A stretch of DNA of 64,000 nt from the human T2T-CHM13v2.0 reference genome, Homo sapiens. Where the stretch lies: NCBI RefSeq assembly GCF_009914755.1, contig NC_060935.1; one strand, written 5' to 3'. Below are positions 25,670-37,960 of the stretch, piece by piece; the first letter of the stretch is position 1; the number at the start of each line of letters is the position of its first letter. The position numbers were made by a program, and so were the translations under genes. Below the pieces are notes generated by a model that worked only from the letters and a program-made list of their open reading frames with translations, did not search any database and was not told the DNA's origin.

Positions 25670-27524
25670 AAAATATTGATATCCAATCAACCAAACACCA
25701 TTTATTGAAAAAAATATTTTCTCCATTGCACTTTAATGTCATAAATAAAGAGACTGTAGATGTTGATTATTTATCTGGGGTATGTCCATACACATTTTAG
25801 ATTTAGGGTATCAATTCACCCAAAATTGCTACTGGAGTTTTGATTCAGACTTAGTGAAATCTATAGGTCAATTGGGGATAATTTATATCTTTGTAGTACT
25901 GAGTATTATAGTTGATGAATATAGCATTTTTCATTATATTTTCTTAAATTTTTCTAGTAATTTAATAATTTTCATTGCAGTTTTAAGTTTTAATTTCCTT
26001 AGTTAGATTTTTTCTCTAGAAATGTAATGTTTTTGATATTACCTTAAGCATTAGCTCAATAACATTTTATTTTTAAAATTTTTGTTGTTGGCTATAGTAG
26101 TACAGTACAGTTGATTTTTTGCATATTGACCTTCTATTCAACAACCTTGCTAAAATTTACAGATTAGTTCTAATAATTTGTGGATTCTTTTAGATGTTCT
26201 ATATCTACAATCCTGTTATTTGTGAATTATAACAGATTTTACTTTTTCCTCCCCATTCTTTACATTTATTTTCTATATTGCTTTTGCCAAGGTCTTCAAT
26301 ACACTGTTGAATAGTGATATCAGGAATCTTTGTCTTTATCCAGCCAAGTGATGAAGTTAAGAATTGAACTTAGGAAGTTTGTCTCCAAACTCTACGTTTA
26401 ATTATTACTCTATAATTTCCTCTAATATTTCAATATAGATCTCTGGGGATAGAATTCGAAACTGTCGTGAAAACATGCTGCTAAGATCTCTAGCTGCAGG
26501 TAGCAGAATTGAGTGATGATCTTAGCTGATGCCCTTCTGATCAACTACGACATTCATGCCAATGACTGAACAAAGTGGGTCTAATCTAGAGATAGAAACC
26601 TTCTCTAGTGGGTATCTGGGCATGATGATGACTCCTTACCAGCAATTTTTCTACCATAGTCCTTTTTCCTTCTCTTCTTTCACAGATGTTGGACAAGTGT
26701 CGTGGTCCAAAAGCTCTCTCTATCTCCTCTTTCTTTCTCCCCCAATAAATTTTTGTATATCTAGTTCTGTCTTGGCTTCTCCTCAGCAAATCCAAACTAA
26801 CACAGCTTTGAAAGAGTAACAAATATTAATTCTCACCTAATAAAAATGTTAGAATGAAGGGATTATGAAGACAGGAGACTTTAGAAAGCTTCTAGGACTT
26901 TGGAGTTGGTGGGAGCCTAGTTTGAGTCTATGTCTCTTCTTGATAGGTGGTTTCTTTAGGGCTCATGCACATCTTTGACTTTCCATTGTCTTTAAGTTTG
27001 AAAATTTTTTCTTAGAAGTCACTCTGGATTATGAAATTCTAGTGAGGCCTGTATGAGACTACTCTTCAAACAAGACTTTGGTGAAAGAGAGAAGGAAACG
27101 GTGTTCTTCAATGCTATTTAGACCTGCTCACCTGGTAGCAGATGAGCAGTGATACCGGGCACAATTTTCTCCTTTGCCATTCAGCTGAAGTGTTCTTATA
27201 GTATCTCTCAGGAAATTAAACACATAATATAGTTTCAGTAGAGAATCCCAAAACAGCAAATGGGCATTAGAAGAAATCTTAAATCAACTGTGAAATCAGT
27301 GTGCATTTTCACCATCAACAAAAGTGAAATACTCATCAACAGTAAATATCATGAGAATATTCATGAGTGGTCTTGTGTATAAAGAGTATAAACAGGACAG
27401 ATAGGTGTCATCTTTTTATACCTAAAGAAAACAATATCATGCATGGAAGTACCATACGTGCTGAGGACCTCCTCCATGGAACCAGGACCTCTTTATACAC
27501 TGCTTCTTTTGCACTGATTCTGTA

Positions 27525-27730
27525 AAGCCATAGTGGAAAGGGCCTAGAATTTGGAAAGTACATAAAATTGTTTGAATCCTAGCTTCTTTATGTTCTGATG
27601 GGTGTCATTAAGTGTCATTAACAAGATACTTACTTTTCTGGGACCCAATTTTCTCATCTCAAATATGGGAATAATAAAGTATACATTGCAGAATTATTGT
27701 GAGGAATAAAGGAAAATTATTTCTATTAGT
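27525..27730 (+). mobile_element. MIR
   Basis: tttgaatcctagct...ttttctcatctcaaatatgggaataataa...gtgaggaataaa. Confidence 0.7.
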
Positions 27731-28518
27731 TGATGCCAAGTAACTATGAATTTCCTCCCTCCCCCCACACCCATGCTATCTCCTTTGTTTGCTAATTCTG
27801 ACTCCTGTTCATCCATGGAATATGCCCTCTATCATCCTTCCAACATATCCAGAATCCAATTTTCTTTCCTTTGTGTCCTGTATCCAATCTATTACAAAAT
27901 TATTCATATTCAACCTCCACCATGACTGTTGACTGTGTCTACCTTCCTCTTAGTAATGGTGCCTCCATAGTTACGCCCACCTTACATTTCATCCCCAGGT
28001 ATAACACTAGCCCTCCTAGCTATTGTTTCTTTTTCCAGTCTCTGTCCCCTTAATTGAATGGTCTCCACTTGGTTACTAAAGCAGTATCATTTTCATGGCT
28101 GAAATTCTCATTTAAGCCTACTTTACTATCTGGTTTTCTACAATAGCCATCAAATCAATCCCTCCTTGTGTTACATAATTGCCAGATTCCCCACTTGCCT
28201 TATCTTCTTGTAGAGTGCATGACTAATTTATATTATAATAGCTTCATACCATGGTGTCTTCTCTGTTTTAGGCACTAAGCGTGCCTGACTTATCCTTGTA
28301 ACATGAAGCAAATAAGTATTAATATTCCTATTTTGTATGTAGGGAAACTGAGCCTTGAGCCAGAGAGAATTTAAATTATCTACAGTCTTACAACTGAAAA
28401 TGTTGGTGGGGCTAGGATCAGAACTCATTTTGCCTAACTGTAAAATCTATGCTTTGACCATTTACTGCTTTTTTAAAAAACTGCTCTTTTATCTTGGATG
28501 CCTAATATGTGCTAAACA

Positions 28519-28564
28519 TATATATATATATATATACACACATATATATACACACACACCTATC

Positions 28565-28617
<53 letters not shown>

Positions 28618-28697
28618 CCTATCATCTATCTATCATCTATCAATCTATCATCTATCTATCTATCATCTGTCTATCTATCATCTATCTATCGAGAGAG
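28519..28697 (+). repeat. Compound STR: (TA)n(CA)n then (ATCT)13 and degenerate ATCT units
   Basis: 13 perfect ATCT units at 28565-28616. Confidence 0.97.
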
Positions 28698-30502
28698 AAT
28701 TAAATGAACTCAGTATTTTACTTGTGAACACCCTGGTTATGCAGCTCAGAAAACAGCAGAGGGCAGTGCAAGAGCTTCACAACATTAAATGAAAGTAGAC
28801 AATAAAATGCTATAAAACTGCAAAATAAAGAGGGAGTGTTCTATGGTTTCTGGAAGAATTCATCCCAAGGCAATGTTGAGAATGTCGGAGGATGTTTTTA
28901 TCAAAGCTACTCCCAGTTTTAAAAAAGCAATTTCCATTGCTGACAGTGAGGCTGTGCTAAAAATTGCATTTCCCCTCCCTAGTTTCAGCTTCTCTTTATT
29001 TCATGTAATACCACATATGGGTAAGCAAATCATAGCTTTTAAAGCCAGCTGTGTGCCACTTACATCTGCAAAAGCAATGTACTCACCAGGTGAATTTCTT
29101 GCTCAATCCACCTCTTTAATTCATCCTGTGGAGAGAAAAATGTGACTTTGGCTCAAGGATGGAATTTTTATCCTACCTCATTATACCATTCTTATGCATT
29201 CTGTTATTTCCATGTTATCACAGTGGAAAATATCCAAGTTAAGTACTCTATCCTAGCTGGCTTCTCTAATTTTCAGAGCAATTACTGATTTTTTTTTTTT
29301 TTTTTTTTGCCTCAGTGGAAAATATGTATTGCCTAGGAATTTGAATTCTGACAGAAATGTTGAGGAGAGGAGTAAATCATATTAAAGGTAGGCAACACTC
29401 TGGTCGTTTGCTTTGCTTTTTCATTGTGGAAATATAATTACTTTTATATTAGGCATATCATAAATATAAATTTCATTGTTTACCAATTCCTACATCAATT
29501 ACCAAAACAATAAATGGCTTAAGTTGAGCATAAAAATTTTCATTTTCATGGATACGGACTGTATACACTCATAAATATTTTCTTATGTGTTTATATGAAT
29601 ATGTAACCACATTGCGAGAACATGATTCATCTTAGCACCAGGCATAAGGGACAAATTTGGAAGGGACCGCCTACTTTTCAACATGTGGGGCATGGGGGTG
29701 GGGAGAGTATTCCAGTAAGTGAGAAGACTTTTTTTTTTCAGTTGGGACTATGAAAAGACAACAACAACAAAAATATTTAAAAAGGCAAGACCCACCCTCT
29801 GGAATGGGAACTCGGAGCTTTACTCTAAGAGCTTATGCAGTGGACTAGGGTTGTGGAGTGGTTCTGCTGTCACCTCTGGTTTTTCTTCCCTAGGAATCTA
29901 GTGAGAACCTCTGTGTGCTCGTGGAGCAACCTCTATGCTCATCTCATGTGGGCTTTCTTCTGGAGATTTTACATTCTTTTCATTCTACATTATCTAATCT
30001 GGGGTAAAACTACCAGTTCTTGTTTTAGTAACTTTCATGAACAACGTTAATCATTGCTTATTCAGGTACTTAAAGTGCATTAATTATTGTGAGACCTTGA
30101 GCGAGTGGCTGTTTTAACCATAAACAACAATAGTAATGGTATCTCCTCACATTGTAAAGAAATAAATGCAATAATATCTATAAAGTACCTAATGCTCAAA
30201 ATATTAGTAATTATATTTCAAATATTATTATAGATCTCCTATAATATGCTGTACTTTATCAAAGCACTCATCTTCATTTAATGGTTCATTTGTCCTCCTG
30301 TCTAGACTGTAAGCTCTAAGAGACTGAGAATAGTGGTACATAGTAATAAGTTCAGATATAAAATGAATGAATGAATGAATATCTGATTCTTAGATATTTA
30401 TTGAGGGATTTCCATAGATTATTTTGCTTCCTATCCGTATTTTCTATACTTGTTGACTATTACTAGAAATAGTATTTTTATTTTAAACCTAATGTTGAAA
30501 GT

Positions 30503-30889
30503 GTAACATTGAGACAATGCCATGTGTTCACCAAACCGCTTCATTTTCTTTCTTGGCATACAAAATGACTATGTTTTGTAGCCCTCTTACAACTCAGTGA
30601 GACTGCAAATGGAATATGGGTGGAAATAATGTATATCCCTTCGAGTCCTGGCCACAACATGCTCCAGATATCTTTCCTGCTCTTCTATCCCAATTTTAAA
30701 GCCTTGAAAACAAAAAGTTCAAGATGGTAGAGCCACAGTATGGTAACAGCCTAGATCTCCAAGTTACAGCTTATAGAAGAGCCACTCAAAGGACAGTAAT
30801 ATGAAAAAGAAATCACATTGTGCTATGTTACTGAAATTGTGGGGTTTGTTTTTTTGCCACATTCAGCCTAGAATACACTGACTAATACA
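30503..30889 (+). mobile_element. MaLR LTR, MLT1I/J-like
   Basis: aagatggtagagccacagtatgg...ctgactaataca. Confidence 0.7.
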
Positions 30890-31301
30890 CTGTTTCCAGT
30901 TGAGGCAGTTTATATTCAGTTTTGGGGAGAAGAGTCACTTTGTATTTTCAGTGAGAGCAGAAAGAATATATAGGGTCCCACAACATTGCTTTTTCTACAT
31001 TATACACTTGAAAAAGTATACCTTCCAAGATAATAGTTCAAAAGAAACTACTTTTCTGTTTAATCATTTAATGGCCAATATTATTCACTCAGTCAATTAT
31101 TAATTCATTTATTCATTTATTCCACAAATAGTTAATGAGTGGGGCCTATAAAGGGCATTGGGCATAGAGTGGTGACAAGGACAAGCCCTTTACTTCATGA
31201 ACTATGTTCATATGTGGAATAAATATTACAGAACTTTAAAAATAAATTTGTAATTAAGTATCAACTAGTGCTGAGTGCTATGGTGAAAAATAAAGAAGGT
31301 A

Positions 31302-31462
31302 CTTTGTTTTGTTTTAGCAACAGGATCTTGCTCTGTCACCCAGGCTGAAGTGAAGTGGCGTGATCATAACCCACTGTAGCCTTGAGCTCCTGGGCTCAAG
31401 CAATCCTCCCACCTTGGACTCTCAAATTGCTGGGATTAAGTCATGAGACATCATGCCCAGAC
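31302..31462 (-). mobile_element. Free Alu monomer (FRAM/FAM-like)
   Basis: Single Alu arm: tcttgctctgtcacccaggctg...ctcctgggctcaagcaatcctcccacc...gctgggatta. Confidence 0.85.
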
Positions 31463-32640
31463 TGCTTTGCTTTGTTGTAATAGCATCTCCAGTGCCTAAC
31501 AGCACCTGGCACATAGAAGATACTAAAGAGAATGGAATAACGTAGGTTGTTTGGATAATACACTGCCCCTGCTGCCCTCATGTTCAGAGCCCAGGATATT
31601 TGTTGATTCATGTTTTATCCGTGGGTTATTAACTTAAAAGAAAGATTCTAGATTAGGCACTAGGGTATTGAATGCCTATCCAGTTGTTAATAAAGCAGTT
31701 CTGACTCTTCCTTTGTCTTCTCTTTTCTTTCTACTTTTATTTTTTATTAGGTTCACATGATTTTAATTTTTACCCATATCTTCTGGGTATGAACTCATAA
31801 ATGTGGAGACTGCATCATGTCACATAGTGATCTGTTATTTTCTCTACATTCATTTGTTATTCTCAGTGTTTCATTATTATAAAACTAATGTATTATTTGC
31901 CACACTACACTAGTCTGTGAGTAAGCATAGGACTGTAATGACAATATGATCTTTCTCTAGTTCCAGCTACTTAAGATTATTATGGGTTTGTCTAATATGA
32001 GCTTCATAATTTAGTTCTTTTTAGCCACTAAGTATTTTTTTTTCCTCAGGTTTCCCTCACTTTCTGCTGTGGCTTTATAGTCACATTCTTATACCTTCAA
32101 AACCAAAAGTTAGAGCCATATTCTTTATCCTGCTAAAAGCACAACAGAAAAACCTGTGAACCATGTTGCTGGCCATGCCTCAGTGTCCATGCCAAGACCA
32201 CTGATGCTCAATGAGCAAAGGGCTGGTTGGTGTCTGGCAGAGAGTCCTGTATTCAGTAGTAACCAGTGCCATTCTTCCTTTCCTGCCACAGTTATACATT
32301 GTCCTTGATGCAAATTAATGCCACTCTAATCTCCCCCCTTTAGCACAGTTATTGTCAGAAGCTGCCTTAGCTCCTTACCGGTCCCCCAAACTATCCCAGA
32401 CCAACCTGAATCTTAAAAATATCCTTGGTTTTCTAATAGAATTTTACATTTTATGGGGATAAAACTCCTCATTCTTATATCCTTGATTGCCTCTGGCCCA
32501 GATTTGGCCACATTAATAGGCCCATCATTAGCAAAATAAGTTCTTTCTATGCTTTTGCATAGAGGGGTGTTAATTCAAGGTTGGCTTTTGGCAAATGTGA
32601 ATCTAGCATATTGCCTGTAAATTTGTATATAAGGCTAGGT

Positions 32641-32817
32641 AGTGGTTCTAAACTTTGGTGTATATCAGAAGCCCCTAAAGGGCTTTAAAGAAATGCAAAT
32701 ATCTGCGCCCCATCAGTTCTTATACTTGACAATCTCTATGATATAGAGAACCTATATTTTCATTTCTCCTCAGATGATTCTAGGACTATCAATCTGCAGA
32801 TTGTTTGAGAACCACTC
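32641..32817. mobile_element. MER5-like hAT-Charlie MITE
   Basis: Terminal inverted repeats agtggttct ... agaaccact. Confidence 0.75.
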
Positions 32818-33639
32818 TAGTAGGTAATGTAATATTCAATTTTATCTACCAATTTTTATGAATCATTTGCTTCCTGCTAGACACTGTGTTAAATAATGTG
32901 GATACAAACTGAATAAGTTAGTTCCTGTCCTCAAAATATAATAGGGAGTGATGTCTGACATGTAAAGAAACAATTAGAATAGGGTGTGATAATGAAACAA
33001 GCAGTCTCTATAGCTACACTCATTTTGGTCTCTCTGTCATTGTCACTTTTTGTTGTCGGCAGTAAAATTTTGGCATTAGAAACCATTCCCATGGAAACTG
33101 AGGTAACCTATTTTCTTAAGGAGAATTTCAGTTATTTTTCAGGAAATGGCTTATGAGGCATGGTCTTTGTGAGCTTTCTCCTCTCTCCCCAAGAAAAAAA
33201 ATAAGTTTGGCTGAGATTAAAATAGAATGTACCATGTTTTCCCCATTTTTATTGCTCTAAAAGACAGCTCTGAGTTCCAACACAGCTATGTTCCAGAGGA
33301 TTCATTGAATTTTCACTGATTTATTTTTACATTTTTTTAGTCCTGTATGTTACTTGTGATTGTGGTCGACAAGGCTTGGTGGAATCAGCCTAGCTAAAGT
33401 ATAGAAATACTCTTTGTAGATTTTTCTCTGGTTACTGCAGGAGGTCACTGTTGACAGCACATGCCACGCAGAGCAAATTTGATTTGCATCATCAACTCTA
33501 GATCACTCGATATTTCTCCAAATAAACCTCCATCCATCACCACTACAGCAAGCCAACTGTTGCCTTGGAAATTTTCTGTTAAACCAAGGAATTGGCTCAC
33601 AGAATCCTTGATAAGGGAAATAGCAGAAGGAGGTGAATA

Positions 33640-33800
33640 TGGACATAGGCTTGAGAATTATAGGACTTCAGTTCAAACCTCACGTTTGAAATTTCCTAGC
33701 TAGGTCACCTTACCAAATTCATTTTGCTGAGCCACAGTTTCTTTATCTGCAAAATGCAGATAAGAATCTCTACATAATGATGTTGTTGAGAAAATGAAGT
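33640..33800 (+). mobile_element. MIR
   Basis: ctgagccacagtttctttatctgcaaaatg core. Confidence 0.65.
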
Positions 33801-33829
33801 AATGCATGAAAAGGATTATAAATGGCAGC

Positions 33830-34333
33830 CCGTTGTGTATTTGGATAATACACAAATCATCTGCAAAAGATGGGACCTGTGAATATGTTGCCTTACATGG
33901 CAAAGGGAACTTTGCATAAGTGATTCAAGTTAAGGACCTTGAGATGGGAAATAGTTGCCTGGATTTTCTAGGTGTGCCCAACTTAATCACTTGTATTCTT
34001 AACAACAGAGACCCTTTCCAGGTTATGAAGAGAGGTGTGCCAGTGGAAGACAGGTCAGAGAGATGCATTGTTGCTGGCTTTGAAGCTATTAGAAGGTGTC
34101 ATGACCTAAGAAATGTAGATGGCTTACAGACGCTGAGAAAGTCAAGAGAACTGTTTCTTTCTTAGATCTTCCAGAAAAGAACTCTTCATTTTAAAGAACT
34201 GACACCTTAATTTCAGACCAGTGAAACTCATTTTAGACTTCTAATATTCCAAGCTGTAGGATAATAATTTTATGTTGTTTTAAGCCACTGAGTGTGTGGT
34301 GATCGGTTATGGCAGAAATAGAAAACTCATATG
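33830..34333 (+). mobile_element. MaLR LTR, MLT1D-like
   Basis: acctgtgaatatgttgccttacatggcaaagggaactttgca...ttttaagccactgagtgtgtggtg. Confidence 0.85.
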
Positions 34334-35270
34334 CTACTCTTATTATTAGGCATGAAGGCCACACTTGAAAAAGGAATGCTTTACTCTCTTAGATGATTGA
34401 GCTAAAGATGATGACCTTGAATTTCTGACATAAATGGTCTCTATAAACCATCATCTATCCTTATCTTTAGATTAGATACCTGTAGGTCACCTATAAATAA
34501 AATGGTAATAACTAATGGGACAAAACCCCTAGAATTAACATCTGATGACATTATTTGTGGTTGCTTCTGCTCGTAAGAGTGGGGATATGTGTCAGAATGA
34601 AGAAAAGAAATGCTCCCTGAAGTAAAGGAAGGCAGGATTCCTTGGGGAGGAAGATAATAGTTATTTCCTTGAAGTGGGGCAAATTAACAAAGGAAAGATC
34701 AACTGTTAGTCAAATGGCCTGGCCTCAGCCTGGGAGATGGGGAAATGCCTCACCTGGAGCAGCACCATGAAAATGACAAGATGGTTTGTAGCAGAGAAAG
34801 ATGTGCCCTGTCCTGAAGAAAGAATGCTCTGGGCCTTCACATAGCAATGGGATGGGACTGGTACATTACTTCCTTAGTAAGCAGGAAAACACTGTGTTCA
34901 CAGGTTAACAACAGAGAGATAATTTGGGAGGTTGTGAGTTATTACTGTAGGAAACTGAGCACTAAAATAAATGGAAGCCAAAGACAATGTCCCTGATACT
35001 CCTACTTTAGTCTCTATGACTAGATGGGCAAAAAAGGGATATCAAAATCAGTTGAGGGACTCCTCTTTTAATTCCCACAACTAAGGCCCTGCACTTCCAT
35101 TTTATCATGACATTACCTGGATGTCATTCGGAATGCAGATTTTCCTACCTCTGACCTACTGTATCAAGAATCTACAGTTCGGCAAAATCCCCAGATGATT
35201 CCAATGTTGATTATCTGATCATTATGGCCCTGGATCAGGTAGAACATTTAACTGTGGGTTTGCTGTAAGT

Positions 35271-35431
35271 CAGTGGTTCCCAAACCTACCTTTACATTAG
35301 ATACATCTGAAAAACTTCAAAAAATAGAGACCCACAGGTCCCATGTCAGAACAATCAAATCATCTGCAGGCAAGTGTGTTTTCAAAATTTCTTCATGATG
35401 ATTTCAACATGTAATCAGAATTGGGAACTAC
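35271..35431. mobile_element. MER5-like hAT-Charlie MITE
   Basis: Terminal inverted repeats cagtggttcccaa ... ttgggaactact. Confidence 0.75.
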
Positions 35432-35484
35432 TAATTTAAGAGAAGACATTCAACCTGCTACGTAATCAAAATGATACTTGATAC

Positions 35485-35772
35485 TTCAGATGTACTGGGT
35501 GTGTCAGGTGTGATCCTTAGTTGCTCTGTTGCTACACTTACCACCCTGAATATTCCTGCTTCTGCTCTCTCTGCTTTGGATTCAGTTGTACTGGGTGTGT
35601 CAGGTGTGATCCTTAGTTGCTCTGTTGCTACACTTACCACCCTGAATATTCCTGCTTCTGCTCTCTCTGCTTTGGATTCAGATGTACTGGGTGTGTCAGG
35701 TGTGATCCTTAGTTGCTCTGTTGCTACACTTACCACCCTGAATATTCCTGCTTCTGCTCTCTCTGCTTTGGA
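35485..35772. repeat. Tandem triplication of a 96-bp unit
   Basis: Units start at 35485, 35581 and 35677; identical except A>T at 35586. Confidence 0.98.
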
Positions 35773-36262
35773 GTTATCCTATCTGACAAATGAACCATGT
35801 AGCCTAGGCACGAAATGAGAGACAAGACTGGCAGTGTACTGCGGGTAAACACATGCAATGCCTGACACTGGAACCCTGCCCATTCCTGTGTAAAATTCAG
35901 GGCTATAAGTTCTGCTGTACTGAAGTTACTCTTCAAAATACTTCTGTACCTCACCTTGATATTGGCTGATGTGAGCAGATGTCATGATTATCCCTCTAAT
36001 CATCAGGAAATGAGTTTGGGGTAATGAACCTCATTTTTGTTTCTTCTTAAAGCAGTGTTACCTAAAAGGTAAAACTGGGGACCAGTTGCCTTGTGGCCTT
36101 GGCCTCTAGCATGGGAATTTTTTAAAACATGAGGTACCAGCAATTTGCAATTACTTATATCAATCAAAGAATAAATAGGGATGGGGGCAAAAATTACACT
36201 AAAATTTATAAACATCTATTGAAGTATTGTCTCATAGTTCTTTTCTTTCTTTTCTGGTATTC

Positions 36263-36602
36263 TGTTGGGAGAAATGCTGAGTGTTGGGAGAGAAGCTGAG
36301 GCAGGGCTTGCATGTCTGCTAGACTTGCTGGCTCCTTGCTTCTAGCACTCCCATTATCTCAAGTAGCCATATGTTTCTCATTCACTTGATACACCGTTTC
36401 AACTCCCACATCCTCACCACCTGTTTCTTTGTTCGATCACCAATAAATAGCGTGGGCTCCCAGATCTAAGGGCCTTTACAGCCTCCACACTCGCGGTGGC
36501 CCTCTGGCTGGTCCCACTTTCTCTCAAACTTTTTCTCATTCCTTTGACTCCGCCGGACTTTGTCGTCCCCATGACCTGGTGTTGGGTTTGATCACCCCAA
36601 CA
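36263..36602 (+). mobile_element. ERVK solo LTR, LTR14A-like (HERV-K14/HML-1)
   Basis: 340 bp, TGTTGGG...CCCCAACA inverted ends, internal AATAAA, perfect 6-bp TSD gtattc (36257-36262 / 36603-36608) typical of class II ERVs. Confidence 0.88.
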
Positions 36603-37379
36603 GTATTCAGGGGGAAAAAACGGACTATGTTGTGAGTGTGTGTGTGTGTGTGTGCATGCACATGTGCAGGAGAGAGAGAGATCTAACTTTCCAGATGATT
36701 CCAGTCTCTCCCCTGGTGAGCCTGCACGTTGTTAGAGTAAGAAAAATAGCTACCAGGGTTGGGCTTGAATTTCTTGGAAGAATTTACACCATGGAAATCA
36801 TCAAGTGCTGCAAACGGGATTGTTTTCCCCCAGAAAACCTGTGGTTAAGGATTTACCAGCACACTAGCAGTTGGTTGGTTAATTTGCAACTAATCAAGTA
36901 TCCTGATTCTACCCGTGGCTATCAAGGTCAGGGGAAATTGCTATTACATTAACTCCATCTTAGTACAAACACTTTTATTTAAATTATCTCCTCTAATCAT
37001 CACAGCTGCCCTGGAAAAGAGATACTATTATTCACTTTCAATAAACAAAGTAAGGTTGAGAAAGAAAGATGAGCTGATTATCCAAGTTGATACCACTTGA
37101 TCGAGCCGGGTTTCATGAAGATGTCCTGATGCTGAAGCACTTGTTTTTTTTTTTTTTTTTCTTTTACACTGATGCCAGCCCATCTTCTGATACATCACTA
37201 TCTATGTTCAATCGATACATATTGCATCAATGAAAGGTTATATCTGTCACTCAAACAGAAAACCATTTTCATCAGCCAGCATAACTTTAATGAAGTAAAA
37301 GCCCGAGAGTAAAATGAGACTGATATATTCGGCCCCAAATCCCATGAAATGGGAAAACAACTCTCTTCCCATGGGGGCC

Positions 37380-37595
37380 TTTGTGCTAGGTGGTGTGCTA
37401 AGTGTGACAAAATCACCTTCATTATTTCCTTTAAGGCAACCAAAAGCCGAGCAGGCTTGAGACTATCATCCTCTTACATGAAAATGAGTCTCTGAGAGGC
37501 TAAGTAACTTTTCCAATTCTTGCAGTGAGTGGTTTATTTGAAACTAAAACTCAGTTATGTTTTACTCCAAAGTCTGCCTGACCTCACTGTGCTGT
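37380..37595 (-). mobile_element. MIR
   Basis: gaaaatgagtctctgagaggctaagtaactt. Confidence 0.65.
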
Positions 37596-37809
37596 AGCAA
37601 GAAAAGGCTAGACGTCTTTAGCAACTTACTGCTGCCCTGAGCATCCTTGCCCTCTTCTTCCTTCAGTGGCCAAAACAGGAATTTGTTACTTAATTTTCCA
37701 GAAACTGACTAATACTTAGCATATGCTCCGCAGAGTGCTGGATCTCTGGTGTGATGTGCAGAAAATATTTTGAAAAGCAATACAATATGATATTCCACAC
37801 CAAGATGGT

Positions 37810-37960
37810 AAAGTCTGAGCACGCTGGGTTAAAACCCTCTCTTTCTAGTAGTATGAATTAGGGCAAATTATTTAATGTCTTTAAGCCTCATTTCCTTATC
37901 TATAAGATGAGAAAAGTAATAGCTACTTGACAAAATTGTTGTTTGAAATAAAAGATATAT
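37810..37960 (+). mobile_element. MIR
   Basis: gggcaaattatttaatgtctttaagcctcatttccttatctataagatg. Confidence 0.75.

Larger units (their letters stand above)
21850..26335 (-). mobile_element. Old L1ME-like element hosting younger insertions
   Basis: T-rich decayed L1 3' and ORF2 text that resumes across the insertions (e.g. gatatccaatcaaccaaacaccatttattgaa). Confidence 0.65.

Noticed and set aside
28355-28792. Longest ORF in the track (145 aa)
   Set aside because: Kept open by the ATCT/TA microsatellite (IYLS repeats), non-ATG start, overlaps a MIR
34758-34778. Partial REST/RE1-like motif (cagcaccatg)
   Set aside because: The right half-site is absent
35485-35772. CRISPR-like array interpretation of the 96-bp repeats
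   Set aside because: Units are head-to-tail with no unique spacers, there are no cas genes, and the DNA is primate
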